From the NCBI GenBank assembly GCA_049724395.1, contig JAUGWO010000113.1, positions 124,001 through 188,000 of the forward strand: a stretch of DNA of 64,000 nt, read 5' to 3'. Under the pieces are notes generated by a model. That model had not been told where the DNA came from. It saw only the letters and a list, made by a program, of their open reading frames with translations, and searched no databases. Below, piece by piece: positions 1 to 15,300 of the stretch. The translations under genes were made by a program, and so were the position numbers. This DNA comes from Spongospora subterranea f. sp. subterranea (taxonomy: Eukaryota). Position 1 is the stretch's first letter, and each line of letters begins with the position of its first letter.

Positions 1-3000
1 TTCGGCCACCTCCCTCGTGAACTGGGTTTTGGCAAGCAAAAACACGAAACGATGGATGGCAAACAAACTCGCGAGACAGGTCGGGAATGTATATAGTTGC
101 TCGATGATCCAAAACGGCATTTAAACCTTCCAGTACCTGTAGTTGCTGCTCTATTAATACCAAGTCACAACTTAAGCGAGACGACTACCGATTGAGACGC
201 TAAATTTAGTTCATCAAGAAGGACCCAATACCCGTTGATGATCGCATCCAGGAACGGGCCATCACACCACTGAAACTGCCCAGGAGTATCAGCGACCGGG
301 AAATCACTACCCAGTAAGTCCATCATATCCGTCTGCTCCGACAGATTGAGGCGAATAACGCGGTGAGACATTAACTTCCCTAATGAACTAATTAACGACG
401 TTTTACCAACACCGGGTGAGCCTGAAAAATGAAAGATGTCAGATTGTTCAATATCATGAACCTTGAAGATATATACCTTCAAGCAAAATTGCCTTTGGCA
501 ATTGTAAGCCGCGCAGAACACGAATGACATTACGGTTGGTTGTGGGAGTTGACATGTCGAAAGTGGGTTGACTACGGCCGGCTTCCACCGTGTCATCACC
601 ACAACATGCCCAGAAAGGATCAACGCCAAATCGCTTATTCTCTAAACGTAACTCCTGATGGGTTCTTATGAAGCAATTATCCATGTCAACGTATTCAGAA
701 ACACATATTTGATCGTCTTCACCAAGTACTTGGATTGCTAGGCGAAATACATTACGCTTGCGGTCGGCAGACAAACACCCCGACCCAAGACCAAGTCCAT
801 CAATAAGGGTCAACAATGCAGCATGCAGGAAGGCCATAGCATTTGACATTTTGCATGACGTAACAGCATGAGACATAAAAGCGATGAAAGAACGTATATC
901 GCGAAGGGATAACCGCTCACGGTTGCTGGTGCAGTGTTGTTCGTGATACGAATTAAATAAATGCATGAGACATCTTCCATATGGTTGTAATTGCGGAACT
1001 TGAATGGAGACGCTGATTATATGGGACAAATCATCAACGGAGTGATCACTGGGAACCCAAATCTCGGTAAAACGATTGCGCAAGGCAGGAGATAATTCCT
1101 AGTTACGATTAACAGCGATCAGCGAATACAGATATGAACCTAGAGCAAACCGCTAAAGAACCTTTTTGCCAAAATCCCCGCTTGGGTTCATTGTTGCCAG
1201 AATCCTGAAAGATTTTGCTGCAACAACAACCTCACCATCTCCGGCCTTTTCGGCCAGCAATATTGAACGCCCATGTTCTAGCACTGAGTTCAGTCTTTCG
1301 ACAACCGCCTAGATAAGAAATGAATCAGAACAGGCAGCCCAGTAAAATGAAGCCAAGTAACTAACATCGTCAGCGAGGGCAATCTCATCAATCAGAATCC
1401 AATGTCCCTGCCGCATTGCCGTGATGAGTGGTCCGTCAACCCATTCGAACAATGCATTCGCCTTGCGAACGGCGTCGCGCGCTTGCTCTGCCAGAGGTCC
1501 ATCAGGAATGCGGTCGATAATATCTGACGATATCGTGGCTGTTGTTGTCAGGGATAATCCGGCACTATGAAGTGCATGACGCGCGGCCTCAATCAACGCA
1601 GCTCTCCCTACACATTTATCGTCGTTACAAAACCCCGTCCGTCTGGTGGTCATGCATCAATGTAACGCTAATGTGTTACCTCTGACAGGGCGGAGTGACC
1701 CGATTATATCAGCTGTGTCGGTGTGTTGATGGACATTAATTATTTGAAGAGTTTGGTTCGATAGATCAGCGAGCGCCTTCGGGCAAACAATGTTTAGGGA
1801 ATATGAGGCACACGAGGAAATGTCAGGAACAGGTATCTAACCTGGCAAAGCGTTGTCTTGCCCAGGCCGGTATCTCCGACCAGTAATACGGGTTCCATCG
1901 CCTGGAGCGCGGCGTTGCTCAATGCCATGATACGCTTCATCATTGAGGTCATGGCTAATCCTGGCGCTGATTGGTAATTGGCGGGGAGATGGGCTTCGTA
2001 TATCTGCGATGGGACCAGCGCATTGACCTAAGCATCGAATTAGTGTTTTCCAATGCGGTATTGTTTCCATCTCAAGTAAACCTTGAGATTGCTGGCGAGG
2101 GATTCAGCCACCGCTAAACGATCTGGTTCCGATCGGAGCCTATCCGCTAACAGCATATACCCGAATGAGGCAATGTCGTCAATCGTTATTGGACATCTGC
2201 GAGCCCAGCGGAAAAGATCACGAGCTGTAATCAATCCGCTTTTACCTACAAAATGGCTTTAATTTGGGCAGTCCAACAAAACATGAGGATGCTTTTACCA
2301 GAAAAAACTCCTGATAGTTGGCGGCGCTTCTGTAGATCTATCATTACATCGATCATCTTGCGACAATGACTTGGAGCCAAACGTCCTCTGCGATGTAATA
2401 ATTCCACAAGTTCGTCAGTGGGCATATCACCAACATGAATCTCAATGAATCGGTTGCGGAAAGCACGTGATAGTAATTTACGTCCTCCATATGCTCCTCC
2501 AGCAGGCTATATGAATCATTTGATAACAATGACCCAAAATGGTGACAGATACGCTTACGTTCTGAGTGGCAAATAAAGCAAATGATGGATGCGCTTGAAC
2601 AGTCTCTTGGGTCTCTGGGATATGCAATTGGCGATGGTCATCAAGAAGACGGTTAAGCGCTTCCAATACTTCAGACGGAGCAAGGTTAAGCTCATCTAAC
2701 ACCAACCAATACCCATTGCGAACCGCTCTCACCAGTTCCCCTGACGAATTATTAACACCAGATGGTGATTAAACAGCAGATGATAATGGGTAAAACCTTC
2801 GGCAAAGGTGAAAAGTCCAGTTGATGGATCGGTGGTATATGATCCCAGATACTCAGAAGTATCGGTATGTTCATGATTATTGATACGCACGAGAGTATTA
2901 CCGGTACGGCGAGCTAGATACTCGACAATGCTGGTCTTACCAGCTGAGGTAGGCCCCTATTCGGAAAGGTTAGGAAGCGGATGATAGGAGACGATCCATG

Positions 3001-6000
3001 AAACCAACAAACCTGCAACAAAACAGGGAGCGGCGTCTTCCCGCTAACCGCGCGAGCCAAATCGCGAAGACGCCCTTCAACTGTGGGAGTGACGATAAAT
3101 TCATCTTCAGACAAATCAACAATGGGATTTGGGCCTCGGGTTATATGGAAACCGCATATCGTAACGGTGCTGGGATCTGAAATACCAGCTCAGTAACATT
3201 CCAATGGAACATAATTGGATAAGAATTACCGGGAATTGTTTGCGCCTTGATTTGTAAAATCTTGGGCGGAACAACGTCATCGACTGATGCAGAGAGTAGG
3301 GACCGAGATCGCACGTCCAAAGGTGTCATGAACGATAATACTAGGCCTTCATACAGCGCGCGATGGATACCGATTTTTTGAGAAGATGATGACGCATATC
3401 GTAACGCTCGGCACAGCGCTCGCAAAGAATAATGGGGACGATCGCCAGATTCAGATCCTATTTCAATAAGAACTCGAGACAGGGGTAGACCAGAGCCCCA
3501 ATAACATACCTTCAGCGCTAGTCAACATATGTTTTGACGATAGATCACGAGCGTGAAGATAAAGCGTCACGATTTTGGACGGGTCAATCGAAGATGGCAA
3601 TGAGGGTAATGAATATCGAACAATCGTGACAAGATCTGCTGGATCACTGATATCATCAACATATATTTCTGTGAATCGGGCGCGAAATGATGGATGAAGC
3701 GGACGACGACAGCTGAACGATTCGTGAACAACCAGCTTTTTGAGTTGGTATAGCGATAAACGTACGAATCAGTGGGTGGGTTCATGCACGCCAGGAGACG
3801 GAACGATGAATGGCGTGCGACCTCAACGTTGCCGTTATCGATGAGAGTGATTGATGAATCAGGGTGTTCAAGCAATGCGGACAGGCAATGTAGTGTGTCG
3901 GGTGTCGCCAAATTGATTTCATCAAGCAGGACCCAATTTCCATCTCGGACTGCACGAACGAGTTCTCCTTCCACAAACCAGAACGAAAACGCTCCACGAT
4001 CGTGACGCCTAACTTGATTGCGATAGATATGTAATGAGGCCTAGTTGAACGCGAAAAATTCAACTTCAGGTCTAAATAATGAATCGCTCGATAGCAATTT
4101 ACCTGAAACTGAATCCAGGATTTCTGCAGTTTAGAAGATAGTTCTTTGGATAACGCTCTGTCAACGCAGGAACTTAGCAAAGTCACCAACGCAGATGCAC
4201 GATGTTGATCGAATGAGCGACGAACAGACTCCAGAAATGGGACCTGCACAGGAAATCAATCTCAGGGAACATTGAATCACCTCAGTCACTATGGGATTAC
4301 GTTGGAGGCGCGGGAGAATGTCTTGGGGAACAGACTGGCAAACGAATTAAGTAATGGGATGGCAGCCGATCGTAGATCAACAGGTTTGTAACCACCGATC
4401 AGCTCTTGAGCTTCACTCTGCTGGCTGAGGTTGATCACTACCAGCTTCGCCTTGCGCTGCTGCGCAAGCTCCTCAATTATGGCCGTCTTCCCGATACCAG
4501 TCTCTCCAACCAACAACACGCATTCATTATGTTCGATTGAAACCGCCAGACGAGAAAGCAAACGGCGTGCCGAAACGGTAGGCGCCAAGGATGACAACTC
4601 TGTTGTGCATGAAGGGATTGACTCGTATAATAGATAATGATTACGGCCAATATCGACACTGGATAAACAGACAAAGGTGAGAAAACGGCTCTCATTGGGC
4701 TTCGGCACATTTACTCCCAAAGCAAAGCGATGCTGTCGGATAGCTCTGTTCGGATTGTTGACGGGGGCATATTGCCAACGAACGCCACATGACAATATTC
4801 CACAACACGCTCGCGAACATGAGATGTCAACCGAGATGGCAATGGCAACAATGCAATTCGGTGAGCAAATCGTAGAAGCGAACGGAGTGTGACAGTGGGG
4901 TTAAATTTCAAAGCCTGAATTCGATGAATTAGATAAAAAACGCAATGGTGAGTTATGATGTTGACCAATGTGTATGTTTGCATGATGAGATCTATATGGG
5001 GAGACAGTGATGGAAACCGGGTATTCACGATATCCCCACAATGGCCAATCGATAGCGGAGCCAGCTTAACCTTGCAGAATAGCGAGTCGACAGGTAATTC
5101 TACATCGGCTGAACACGTGGCGTATATTCTGAACGCGGGTTTTGCTGTGACATATTGGCCGAGCTCTGGAACCAGAAGCTGACGGCATTCGAACAGAGAC
5201 CGCAGCGAATGTAGTAAATCAACAGGGATACGATCAATATCCTGTGAAAATTGGGTCAATTTCGGACAACGTGGCGGCACTGCTAGAAATTCACCTCCAA
5301 TATGATATCGACGTCACTCTGTATAGCGCATGTAATTGGGCCAGGGACCCAGGCGAGTTCGCCAGCAACATCTGTGCAATTATATGTACCAACTAAGGAT
5401 TTGAGATCCGTTCCCTCATCCAGGAACAATCTCATCGGCTTTCGTGAGAGCGTTGACGTGAACGCATCAATGATGGCGGATTTCCCTGATGACGCCGGGC
5501 CGATCACCATGATAGGAATTGACGTGATGTGCGCCATGTGGAGTGATTGAAACGCTGTGATCATGTGGTCAATTGGCGCCAATGTAGCAGGAATGGGGGT
5601 GGAAAGGTCAATATGTGTTTGATCAGGGACATGGCGCCATAAATATGGGTCATAGAGGGGGAGACGGCACCGGTATAGATGGCGACAACGATAAAACCAG
5701 AGCTCGTCTGGCGTCGGGATCGGATCGGGTCAACGATAATAGGGCTGATCGATCACAGAGAGGAAGAAGCGACGATAGTGGCAAACCGCTAGTTAATAGG
5801 TCGCAAAGAACTGAACTGATCCTGAGAAAGCACTATACTCAGAGGACGAGACAAACGGAGAGAGAATCGAGGAGCACAGACCCCGGAGCAGAGTAATCGA
5901 TATTTGAGGGTAATTGAGAGCATATCTCACTAGATAGATGAGGGAAGAGCAGCGCCAGACGGGATAATATCTTCAATAACCGTAGGTCGTCGTCCTGAAC

Positions 6001-6175
6001 CACCAAATATTGACGTCAGCCATGTCCAACAGGAAATGCTCAACGAGCAATACGAGGGCCGGCAAGCCGAAAATTCGCACATCAAATTACTCACATTTGT
6101 AAATTTTAGAGAATGAATATATTCAAGGACAGACGCCCGATTTCGTAAAAGTTCATCTTCAACCTGCCGATCCAT
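1..6175 (-). CDS. MDN1: Midasin (Rea1/MDN1) AAA+ ATPase, 5' portion; multi-exon, runs off the window start
   Basis: Repeated AAA_5 modules: GPASSGKS, GETGIGKT, GSPGVGKT; WVLLDEINLA, WLVLDELNLAPSEVLEALNRLLDD, WILIDEIALA, RLNLSEQTDMMDLLGSD, FEWVDGPL. Probable first exon MDRQVEDELL...KFTN|GTGAGT at 6175. Apparent frameshifts near 5657-5661 and 4724-4726. Confidence 0.95.
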
Positions 6176-6342
6176 GTATCGGCCAGGGAGAACAAATAAC
6201 CTGACTGGAAAAAAAGAAACCTTTCAGGGTTACCAAATTTTGCCACGGACTCCGTTGCGCAGTTTTCCAGACCCCGGATCGATTCATCGAATGCCCGAAT
6301 TAAAACGTGGAAATTATCAAAGATTAGTCTGTTTATGTATTA

Positions 6343-9300
6343 TTATCGGAACAAAACCTTTAGGTCTTCACATGTGAATAATGGCAGTGTGTCGATTGGA
6401 ATGACGGCTCGAATCCCGTTGCTGATGGCGCCGACTGATGTGGCGGCACTCACAGATCCAGAGAAAATATCATCCCAGACGTTATCGGCCATATAGAGTT
6501 TTGCGTAGATTTGGCAACGCAAGGCCATCCCCAATAATACCCCTATTGATCGGAATATTTTGGAATCACTCTCTGTCAAGTCCCTGTCTGAGCGTTCTTG
6601 TTTTAACAACTGGTTCTTCTCGATATCTACGATGCATTGGCAAATGACGTCACGAAATGATTCATTTTGATCATTGGAGCTCCTAAAGACATTTAAGAAA
6701 AGCCAATTATCTTAGTGATGGGATTACATCTGGTTGGCCCAATGAACGTTGAACGACCTAGAATTTCGTTTTTCTAGAGAATTTGGTGTGTGTTCGGATT
6801 GTAAAGGTGAGACTGTAAAGCTGGTGGTACTTGTCACCAACTTCCAACTCGATGGCGGAATAGTCTGAATCTGCGAGCAAAACTGGGCAAAGTAGGGTTG
6901 TGTTCGATCAAACGACAAAGTGGCAACCTAAACACATATTCAAACCGAGCCCACATATCCTGGCATTTGATTAACTAACTTTTGGATCGGAAGACCGATA
7001 GAAATAGGACGACTCGGGGGCGCACATGTACTCTTTCCATACTTTGACCTTTGTGGGAAACCAGATCAGATTGACCAGCGGCAATACTGCATCATGACAA
7101 TATTCTGGGTACGCAGCGAAGGCAATGATGTCGTCAACAACACGATTGATATAGTTCAACAGCGAGTATATAATTAGCGAGGTCGGACGAGCTTCACCAT
7201 TGTTGATTTTGATTATGTCTTCTACGGTCAGATACGAAGGATCCTTTCCGTTCAGCTTGGTAGATTGCTAATGACAAAATTGAAAGCGTTGAATAACGTG
7301 AAGTATGATACTTACTTGAACTAAAATATAAAACTGTCTTATCGCCGTAAATGAGACTGATTCTAGACTAGCTTTGAAGCGATCATACGTAAACACAGAA
7401 TCCGCATTCGCCTGATTGATCTCGGTAGAAATTGAAGGACCTAGATCTTCATCCACTTGCTGAGCTGTTATCGGACGAGCACCCTCTTCTCCATCGATAT
7501 GGACCCAGATCGTATTTTCGAGCGATCCGACAAAGATTCCCGTTCCCAATGCCGTTTTAATACGGGAGCGATATTTCAACGTAGAAGCGGAAAACGGTAT
7601 GGGATTGGTTGAAAACCAATTCCAGCTGCCATCTGTGGCTTTGTATGGACAGCACTTCCTGTTGACCCACATTTCGTACCACTCATAAACCATTGTCACA
7701 TCGTCCTCTGGAAATCTTGCTGTCGACGATATGGCAGACGATATTCGGCTTGCCCTGGATAATGATTTGTATAGCGTCTCAACGTCTGAAGGAGGAGCTG
7801 GAGACACCAGCGTATCCCAACTAAAAACACAATTTTAATTGGACATAACAAAGCCGGTGTACAGGTTGAGAACCGATTTCTTAAAGTGACGCTATTGTTT
7901 TGGTAAAACATCGCAACGGCAGGGTAGACGGTTCCGCGAACTCCCCGAATAATTTGACCGAATCGTACGCCGTTTCGTTTAGCAGTTACTGTTCCGTATT
8001 GCTACTCAACAAAAGATAAGTTATCGAAATAGCAGCCAGATTGTTGCTTACCAAATCAAGTGTGAAGCTAACAACATCCTTGACGTCAAAGCCTTTATCG
8101 AATTTAGATATTCGTCTACCGTTGTGCCATACAGATCCGTCGCCAAACATTCCCCATGAGGTTGACGATGACCCAAGCCATGCGCATGAGTCGGCTTCGG
8201 GTTCTGCCGTGATGCCGAGGCAAATCATTCCTTTTGTCATCTGATCAATGTCAAAGGCCCAGCTTGCTGTGGATCGAGCGTTATCGGATGGCTTGATATC
8301 GGGTCCAGACCACATAACAAAGCATTGAGACGCAACGGCTCCTAGCCATGCACCATCAATGGGACTTGTCACTTTGATGCAATCTTCAGACACACTCAGT
8401 GGAGATAAACCACTGAATGATATTGGCGCCGTCTCCCCTGATTCTGATATATCTCTCTTGGATGGCCGAAGAGTTAAACGCGATACGCATGTTTGAAACA
8501 ATGCCTTTGTAAAAGGAGAATATGTGATACGGTGAAGGGATTGCTCCCGTAGGACGCGACGGGATAAAAGAGTACATAATTGATCGACAGGAACAGGGAT
8601 GTTGGATGCGTTAGGCATCGATAGCAAAGACAATGCAAACACTTTAACATGGGCATTTGCCATTTTCAAACACGCAAGTAATAGTTCGCTTGCATTTTTC
8701 AAAACCTGTGCAAATCATCTGAGCATTGAGGAAGCGGAAATCATGTTTGATGATTGACCTTATCCACCAATCCTGCCCTCACTATGGATTCTGTTCTCTC
8801 AAAATTTAGGAAACGATCGTCAAGTGCAAGAACATCGGTGCAGTCTTCTATTCGCGATCCCCAGTTTACTTCTTCGTATATACAGGCTTCCGAGCTTGAA
8901 GTAGCTATGGCCAATTGCTGAATCACCTCATTCATTAAGACTTCTGCCAAGCAACTGCTATCAGCTCCCTGAGAGAGCTGAAAACCGATCTGAAATACAA
9001 TTAACAAATGCATAATATTCTGTCAAAGCAATCGCCTACATGATCAATGTGCTTAAAACCCATATCTATAGACATATTGCCTCGGAAGTGTGTTAGCTTC
9101 AAGAGTTTCAGATAGTCAGAAGCATTGATATCTATCGTTTGCTTCAAGTGCATCCAAAGGGTGACAACAATTCGTGCGCGCACAACAGCCAATTCGCATA
9201 ACGTATTGTTGATATTGGCAATGGAATTATCATTGTCGGCAGGCGCTTTGCAATGGTCTGCAGCTCCATCCTGCTCAATGCCACATTCCAGTTCCAAAAA

Positions 9301-12300
9301 GTCAGTATTCGCAGCCGCATCGATGTCTGCTTGTTTCCTCGCCAACTCAAAAGTGTTGTTTTCGTCCACGACCGATGTTGCTGTATTAGTGGCAGCATTT
9401 TGGTCAACCGAGGCAGCTTTCTTTGCTTCAACTAATGAAGCAACTGTGCTTAGGTTGTTGAGAATCCAGTTCGTAGCAGCGATCAGATCTTCGTGATTTT
9501 GCTCGAGTGCGTAAATACAATGTTCAACCTCAAATCCCATAGCCATTAGTTTTACAACAGAGTCTTGAGACACAGATGATGTTGGAACTTCTGCTCCATT
9601 AGCGGCTAGAGCTTGGTGGCAGCGATTGAAATGCTCTGATAAGGAAGGATGCACTGTTCCAGGTATCGATCGAGAGGAAGCAGAGCATAAAGGACACTCG
9701 GCTCTTATTCGCGATTTGCCATGTTGCTTTTCAAAGTGCACCAAAAACCTATTGTTCAAACCAAATTTGAGATCATAGCACGATAATCAAACTGAGTTTT
9801 CTTACGTGGGCATTGTCATATCCCTTTGTGAGCACGCTGGGCATTTGTAAACAGAAGAAAAGGGATCAGGAACTGGAACCGATGGGTTGGTCGACTGGCG
9901 AGACGACACCAACCCCAGGCATTCTAGAGAAGATACGATTTGAATCGGAATGATTCCCCGCCTTCCAGATCCAATTACAGAACTGCCTTTATCAGTTCCC
10001 CCATCCCGGTTCATATACAGTCTTGCTTGAGCCTCAATTTCAAGGACCGAACGAAACTGTGCTTTTTGAATTGAAGCCGGTAAAACGCACAGCGCGGTTT
10101 TGACCACAGCTGAGATTGTGCCCGAGCTCGAGACGACATCGATGAACCAAGAGGCATCTGTTCCTGTGGACCTAGCCGCTAAAGCCCATTCAAAACTATT
10201 AAGGACACATCGCATCGCTTGTGACGAAGCAGCCGCCCAATTCGATACAGGAGAGAGCTCTTGGCCAACAATTTTCGAAACTTTGTCGGAACTTGCGACT
10301 ATGATTGGTGCCAACCCGAGCAAGAAATCCGAACACCATTGAAAGCAAGGAACGCGAAAAATGGGGCAGCATTTGCTTGCCAGCTCTTGTCGCCATTGCA
10401 AACGCGTAAGTCTTTTGGAGGAGGATAAAAGCAGCGTGTTATCGAAACCATTGTCAAGTACAATTGCACATAAACCGGATGTTTTATCCAGGGCTGTAAC
10501 CAAGCCAACAAATCCAGATTGCATACGAACTTCTGATCCAATGCGCACCTAAAAGAGCGCATTATTGACAAAGCAGCATTTGAAAAAACAAACGTACCTC
10601 TTGAAGACCGCCTCCAAGAACTGACAAAGCGCGCATAACGTCGCCATCAGCACCATGCTCAGGAAGAAGCGATGACATTGATTTAAGTCTTTCAATGAAC
10701 GTTTTCTTAACGAACGGGCGAGACAAAAGCCGCTGATATAGCAGTACGGCCTCTTGTGAGATCACAGCGAAATCATCGCCAGAAGCAACGGCCTTGTCAA
10801 CGCCGGAATTATACTGAATCAGTGACCAGAGTAGCTAAGTGGCAATATTTCTTAAGTGGACATTGAGTTCGACAGTTCGTGACCAAACACATACAGGTTC
10901 GAACGAAATCAAGTCTGAATCGCGCAGGAGGTGATCGACGGTGCGCAATGAAACCAGTCGGACGACAACTGGGCTTTTTTGTATTAATGGAACGAGGACT
11001 GGCATCCAGGATATCATGCTCGAGATTGGGTTTTCAGGAAACATACGAATAAAACAATTCAGAGTACAGAGGTATTCAAATGACGATATTTCATATGGCG
11101 TCAAAACGGGAGATACACCATCGGAACTGCAGGGCCCGGTATCCTCCATCATGCTATGTGGACCATGATTGTGAAGATCGCACACTTGTTCAAGAGTTAA
11201 TGGGATGGGCCACCAACGAAAATCGCAAATTCTGCTTTCAACCTGAAAATATATCTGGATCAGCGACGGCTATGTGAATAACATGACTACCGACATGGCC
11301 AGAGGCGAAAATCGGCACATTGGTTGGAAACGGAGTTAAGTTCGAGACAGAAGTCTGCTGTCCGGATAGAGAGTCGTCGATATATAGCCGAACTTGTCTG
11401 TTCTTGATTGATACAGTGATCAAAGCCCAATGACCAGAATCCAGAGGGGCTTCGTGCTGTAATACAATATTGTTAAATTCAAAATGAACTTTCAATTCGG
11501 TCACATGAAGAAACGCAGAATGGCCACTGAACTTCAAATATAGGCTTGGAGACCCAGATGACACCCAAAGCCAGAGCGAGAAGCTGACATCCAATACATC
11601 GGCCTGACACACATTAGATAATTCTACGGGCGTGCTGCTTAGACTCAGCGATGGGCCTATCAAAGTTACGAAAGCTGCCACGACCGGAGAGCTGCCGGTT
11701 TGTGAAGCCAACTCCACATGTTGAGGCCACGAACACGCAGCAGCAAGTTCTTCATGTAATGCATTAGCTATCGACGCGAACAGGTCCGGTTTCTCCAGCA
11801 TGACGCATTGAAAAAGGCGAAGAGCAAGATAATGTATGTCTTGGAACAGAGTGACGTGCTCAGAAGTTCGATTTGAACAATACTGGATCTTAGATATACA
11901 GTTTCTAAGAAACGGTAAAACGCCCAGCTCATCCCTGACTATATAAGGTAAAAGTTAAATCCCAGCAGCTAGCCAAATATGCGATATAGTTTACTTTTCT
12001 CGTTGTCGATGATGAAATCGGCGGCAATGATTGGGAGCGTTCGCATTATTATTGCATTTTTTTGCAGTAGATTCAAGTTAGAGCGGCGATGCAGGTCCAT
12101 TACTAAGCGAATGATATTCATCATGGCCCCAAGAGTCACAATGTCATCACTGTTGATTTTGATTGACAAAACCCCATCGACAATGCACGTTAGTATCGCA
12201 TCTAGCGCAAAAAATGTCGTCACCCCATGTAATAAATCACCTAGAACCACAATGGGAAAAACTTTCTATGCTATGCGACAAGTTCTACCAATAAATTGAA

Positions 12301-15300
12301 GCGCCGCTGTGCGGATCGTTGTAGATCCATCCGCATTATCGATGTTGTCCTTAATAAACTCTGACAGTTCTCTCTCTTGACTCAATTGCTTTGGAGTTGG
12401 AACAGGTGACGAAATGATTGTCATCAAGAATCGGCCGCATATATCTCCGGCCGTGGTCAGCAGGTCCAAAATCCATCCACAATCGGATAAGCTAGGAAAC
12501 TGGGATTGGACCATCTCAAGATTCTTTTCGGTTCACTGAATCAGGGATTTGACAGAAAATATTGCATAAAGTAACATACCTGTAGTAGTCCTCTGACAGA
12601 TTTCAAGAGCGCACACGACAGGAAGACGCTATCTGTGAAGCATTCTAGAGTCGTGATTAGAGTAGGCAATACAGAATGCACGATAGAATTGGAGATATTA
12701 TCGCAATGCTCAGACGTTTCCAAAATCGAAGAGCAGCGTAGAATCAAATCGGTGGAGTAGGCTATCAGATTTCGCTGAGAAACAGTTGGAGAAGAGTACG
12801 TCCCCATATTCTGGTAGTCCGCAATGAACAGCATATGCCTGATTCAGAAGCGCCTAATACAGCACGTTTTAGTTATCACGGCTACTGCTATCATAGGATA
12901 TGTACCTGCTGAAATGCCAACAGGAGTGCGACATCACCACGCTGAGATGACACGCTGGCTGTAGCCGCCGCAGGCAGTTCGGTTGCCTTTTGAAATCGGG
13001 TGATGGGCGACCTAGCCCAATCCAGAAACCTTGAATCTGTTCCAGTACCAGAATCTTTGCGATCAGATGGGGAGAACGGGTGTACTACAATTTCATCTTG
13101 ATGTACCGATGGACCTTTGTGGACAGAACAGACTAATGTTTGAAGAATTGGAAGCAGCGCATGACCGAATCCTGTATCCTGAATGAAACTTTGGAGCAAC
13201 GACGGTTCACTTAAACGCTTCATAACAGCATCCTGGATTGAAACCCCGAACGGCATTACATCAGGAAACCGCAAACACATCTCGTTATTCAATAGCTGTG
13301 ATAGCAGCTCTAACCGCAAATGTTGGCTGGGAAACCAAAGCTCAATACCTAGCACGAACACCTCTGCCGCTTCTTGTCGTAAACAAGAGCACCATTCTGT
13401 TGCGAAGTTTGGCGCGTGATTCTTCACCATCAACTCGGTGATATGAGAATAAAGACGATGAGCGATTTCGGCGTTGGGTTCAGCGAGGCCCAACGCAGAG
13501 AGATCGGACGATATTCTAACAGCTTGCCAGATGTTCGACTTCAGCACACGTAAAACAGACACAATCAGATAAGGAAGAAAAATGTCGACCGCATTGAGCG
13601 GTTGCACGTCAACAGAGGAAAGGCCTTCGCTAACTGGCGAACTTTGAGCGTGCTTCGTCATCCCGGAGAGCTTAGATAAGTCTAAAAGCGATGTATTTTG
13701 TAGACACTCTAAAATATCGGCTAGATGTTCAAAGGTGGATTTCTTTAAACCGATAGCAAACCGTTCAACAGGATTGACAGGCCTGAACGAAGATTCTGAC
13801 CAAAGAGAGATACCATTGGGGGCAAATGAAGCTGAGGATACATCCATTGCGCCCATGCAATGTACTACCGCCTGCTCCCATGAAACGGTTGGCTTGGATT
13901 CATTGAGGTTGTCGCCTTCGACTGGCACGCTTAAACCAGGACACCGAACAACTTTTTCTGCCTTCAACGGCCCGGTGGACGTGGCAGACGTCTGATGTTG
14001 CCAGATTCGGGATAAAACGATACTGCATTTATCCCCACATGCCACTTTCATGATGTACTTTCCCCTCAGGTTTTCGATCAGTACAGGTGTCAACTGAGGG
14101 CCGGGGCATGACACTCCCAATGCACTTTCCGCTCCGTTACCACAAGCGAGCACTTCTCCCCCCTTGTGATGAAGAGCGTATGATCCATGCCTCCATCAGC
14201 GCTAACAATAAAATGCTCCGCCAGGGTTTTGACTTTTTCAGGATAAAGGCGCTCTTGCGTGTCCCCAAGCCCGAGCTGACCTACGGCCGACGATCCCCAT
14301 GAAAATACCTCTCCCGTGGTACAGACAGCTATGGAGTGGTCGTAACCTGCAGCAACCTTCACCACATGATTCCCACGAAGCTTCTCAATCAGGGCTGGAG
14401 TGTGCAGGCGAGCCTTCGACCCATGCCCCAGAACTGGGCGAGTCCCTTCATAACCGCACCCCCAGCTAAGCTGAAGGCGGCACCTGAAGCGGTGCATGCC
14501 AGGGCATGGTCCCAGCCACCAGCCACATCAACAACCACTTCGCCGCCCAATGCCGCAATTCGCTTTGGAGTCTGGCATTCTGACAGATTAGCGTGCCCGC
14601 ATTGACCGGCTGTATTTTTGCCCCAGGAGAACAGCGCGCCGCCTTTGCATAAAGCAAACGTGAACGCAGACCCACAGGCAATTCCGGTCACCTCTTGTTG
14701 GGTTAGTGATTGAATCAATGTTGGGGTTCGGCGCTCCTTAGTGTCGCCGGTCCCCAGGCGACCGTTGACACCATTTCCAAACTGGCCAGTCCAAGTTTAA
14801 TTTCCAGTGGGGGCATAGACATTTTTCGTTGATGACCAACTTACAGTGAATACTTTGCCTTGGTCACTAAGCAATACTGAGTGTGATAGGCCAACAGCGA
14901 CACCGATGATACGATGACCCGGGATTGTTTTCAACAAAATAGGAGAGGGCGCATTCGCAAGAGATTTGGTTCCCAAGCGACCGTGTTGCCCATTTCCCCA
15001 TGCATAAACATCTCCTGAATTCGTTATTGCTAGCGAATGCGTAGAAAACGTTGAGACAGAAACGGCATTCTTTCCTTGGAGCCCCTCAATAAGTTGAGGG
15101 GATGTTGATGTAGAAGCTGATGGACCTTGACCTAACCGTCCAGTATCCCCACGTCCAAACGAATACAACTCTGGAGCTATGTTTGTTGAACTTGCATTCT
15201 GGATAACTTCAGCCAAAAACGCCATCGTTGATGACAAATGGAGATCTCCTATGTGAGCCGAATTGAGAAGCAGAAGTCGCACAACTGATACCATTCCAGC

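Noticed and set aside
6175..6343. Read-through fusion of the HERC-like gene to midasin
   Set aside because: Tandem TAA stops, and the available donor and acceptor sites are not phase-compatible.
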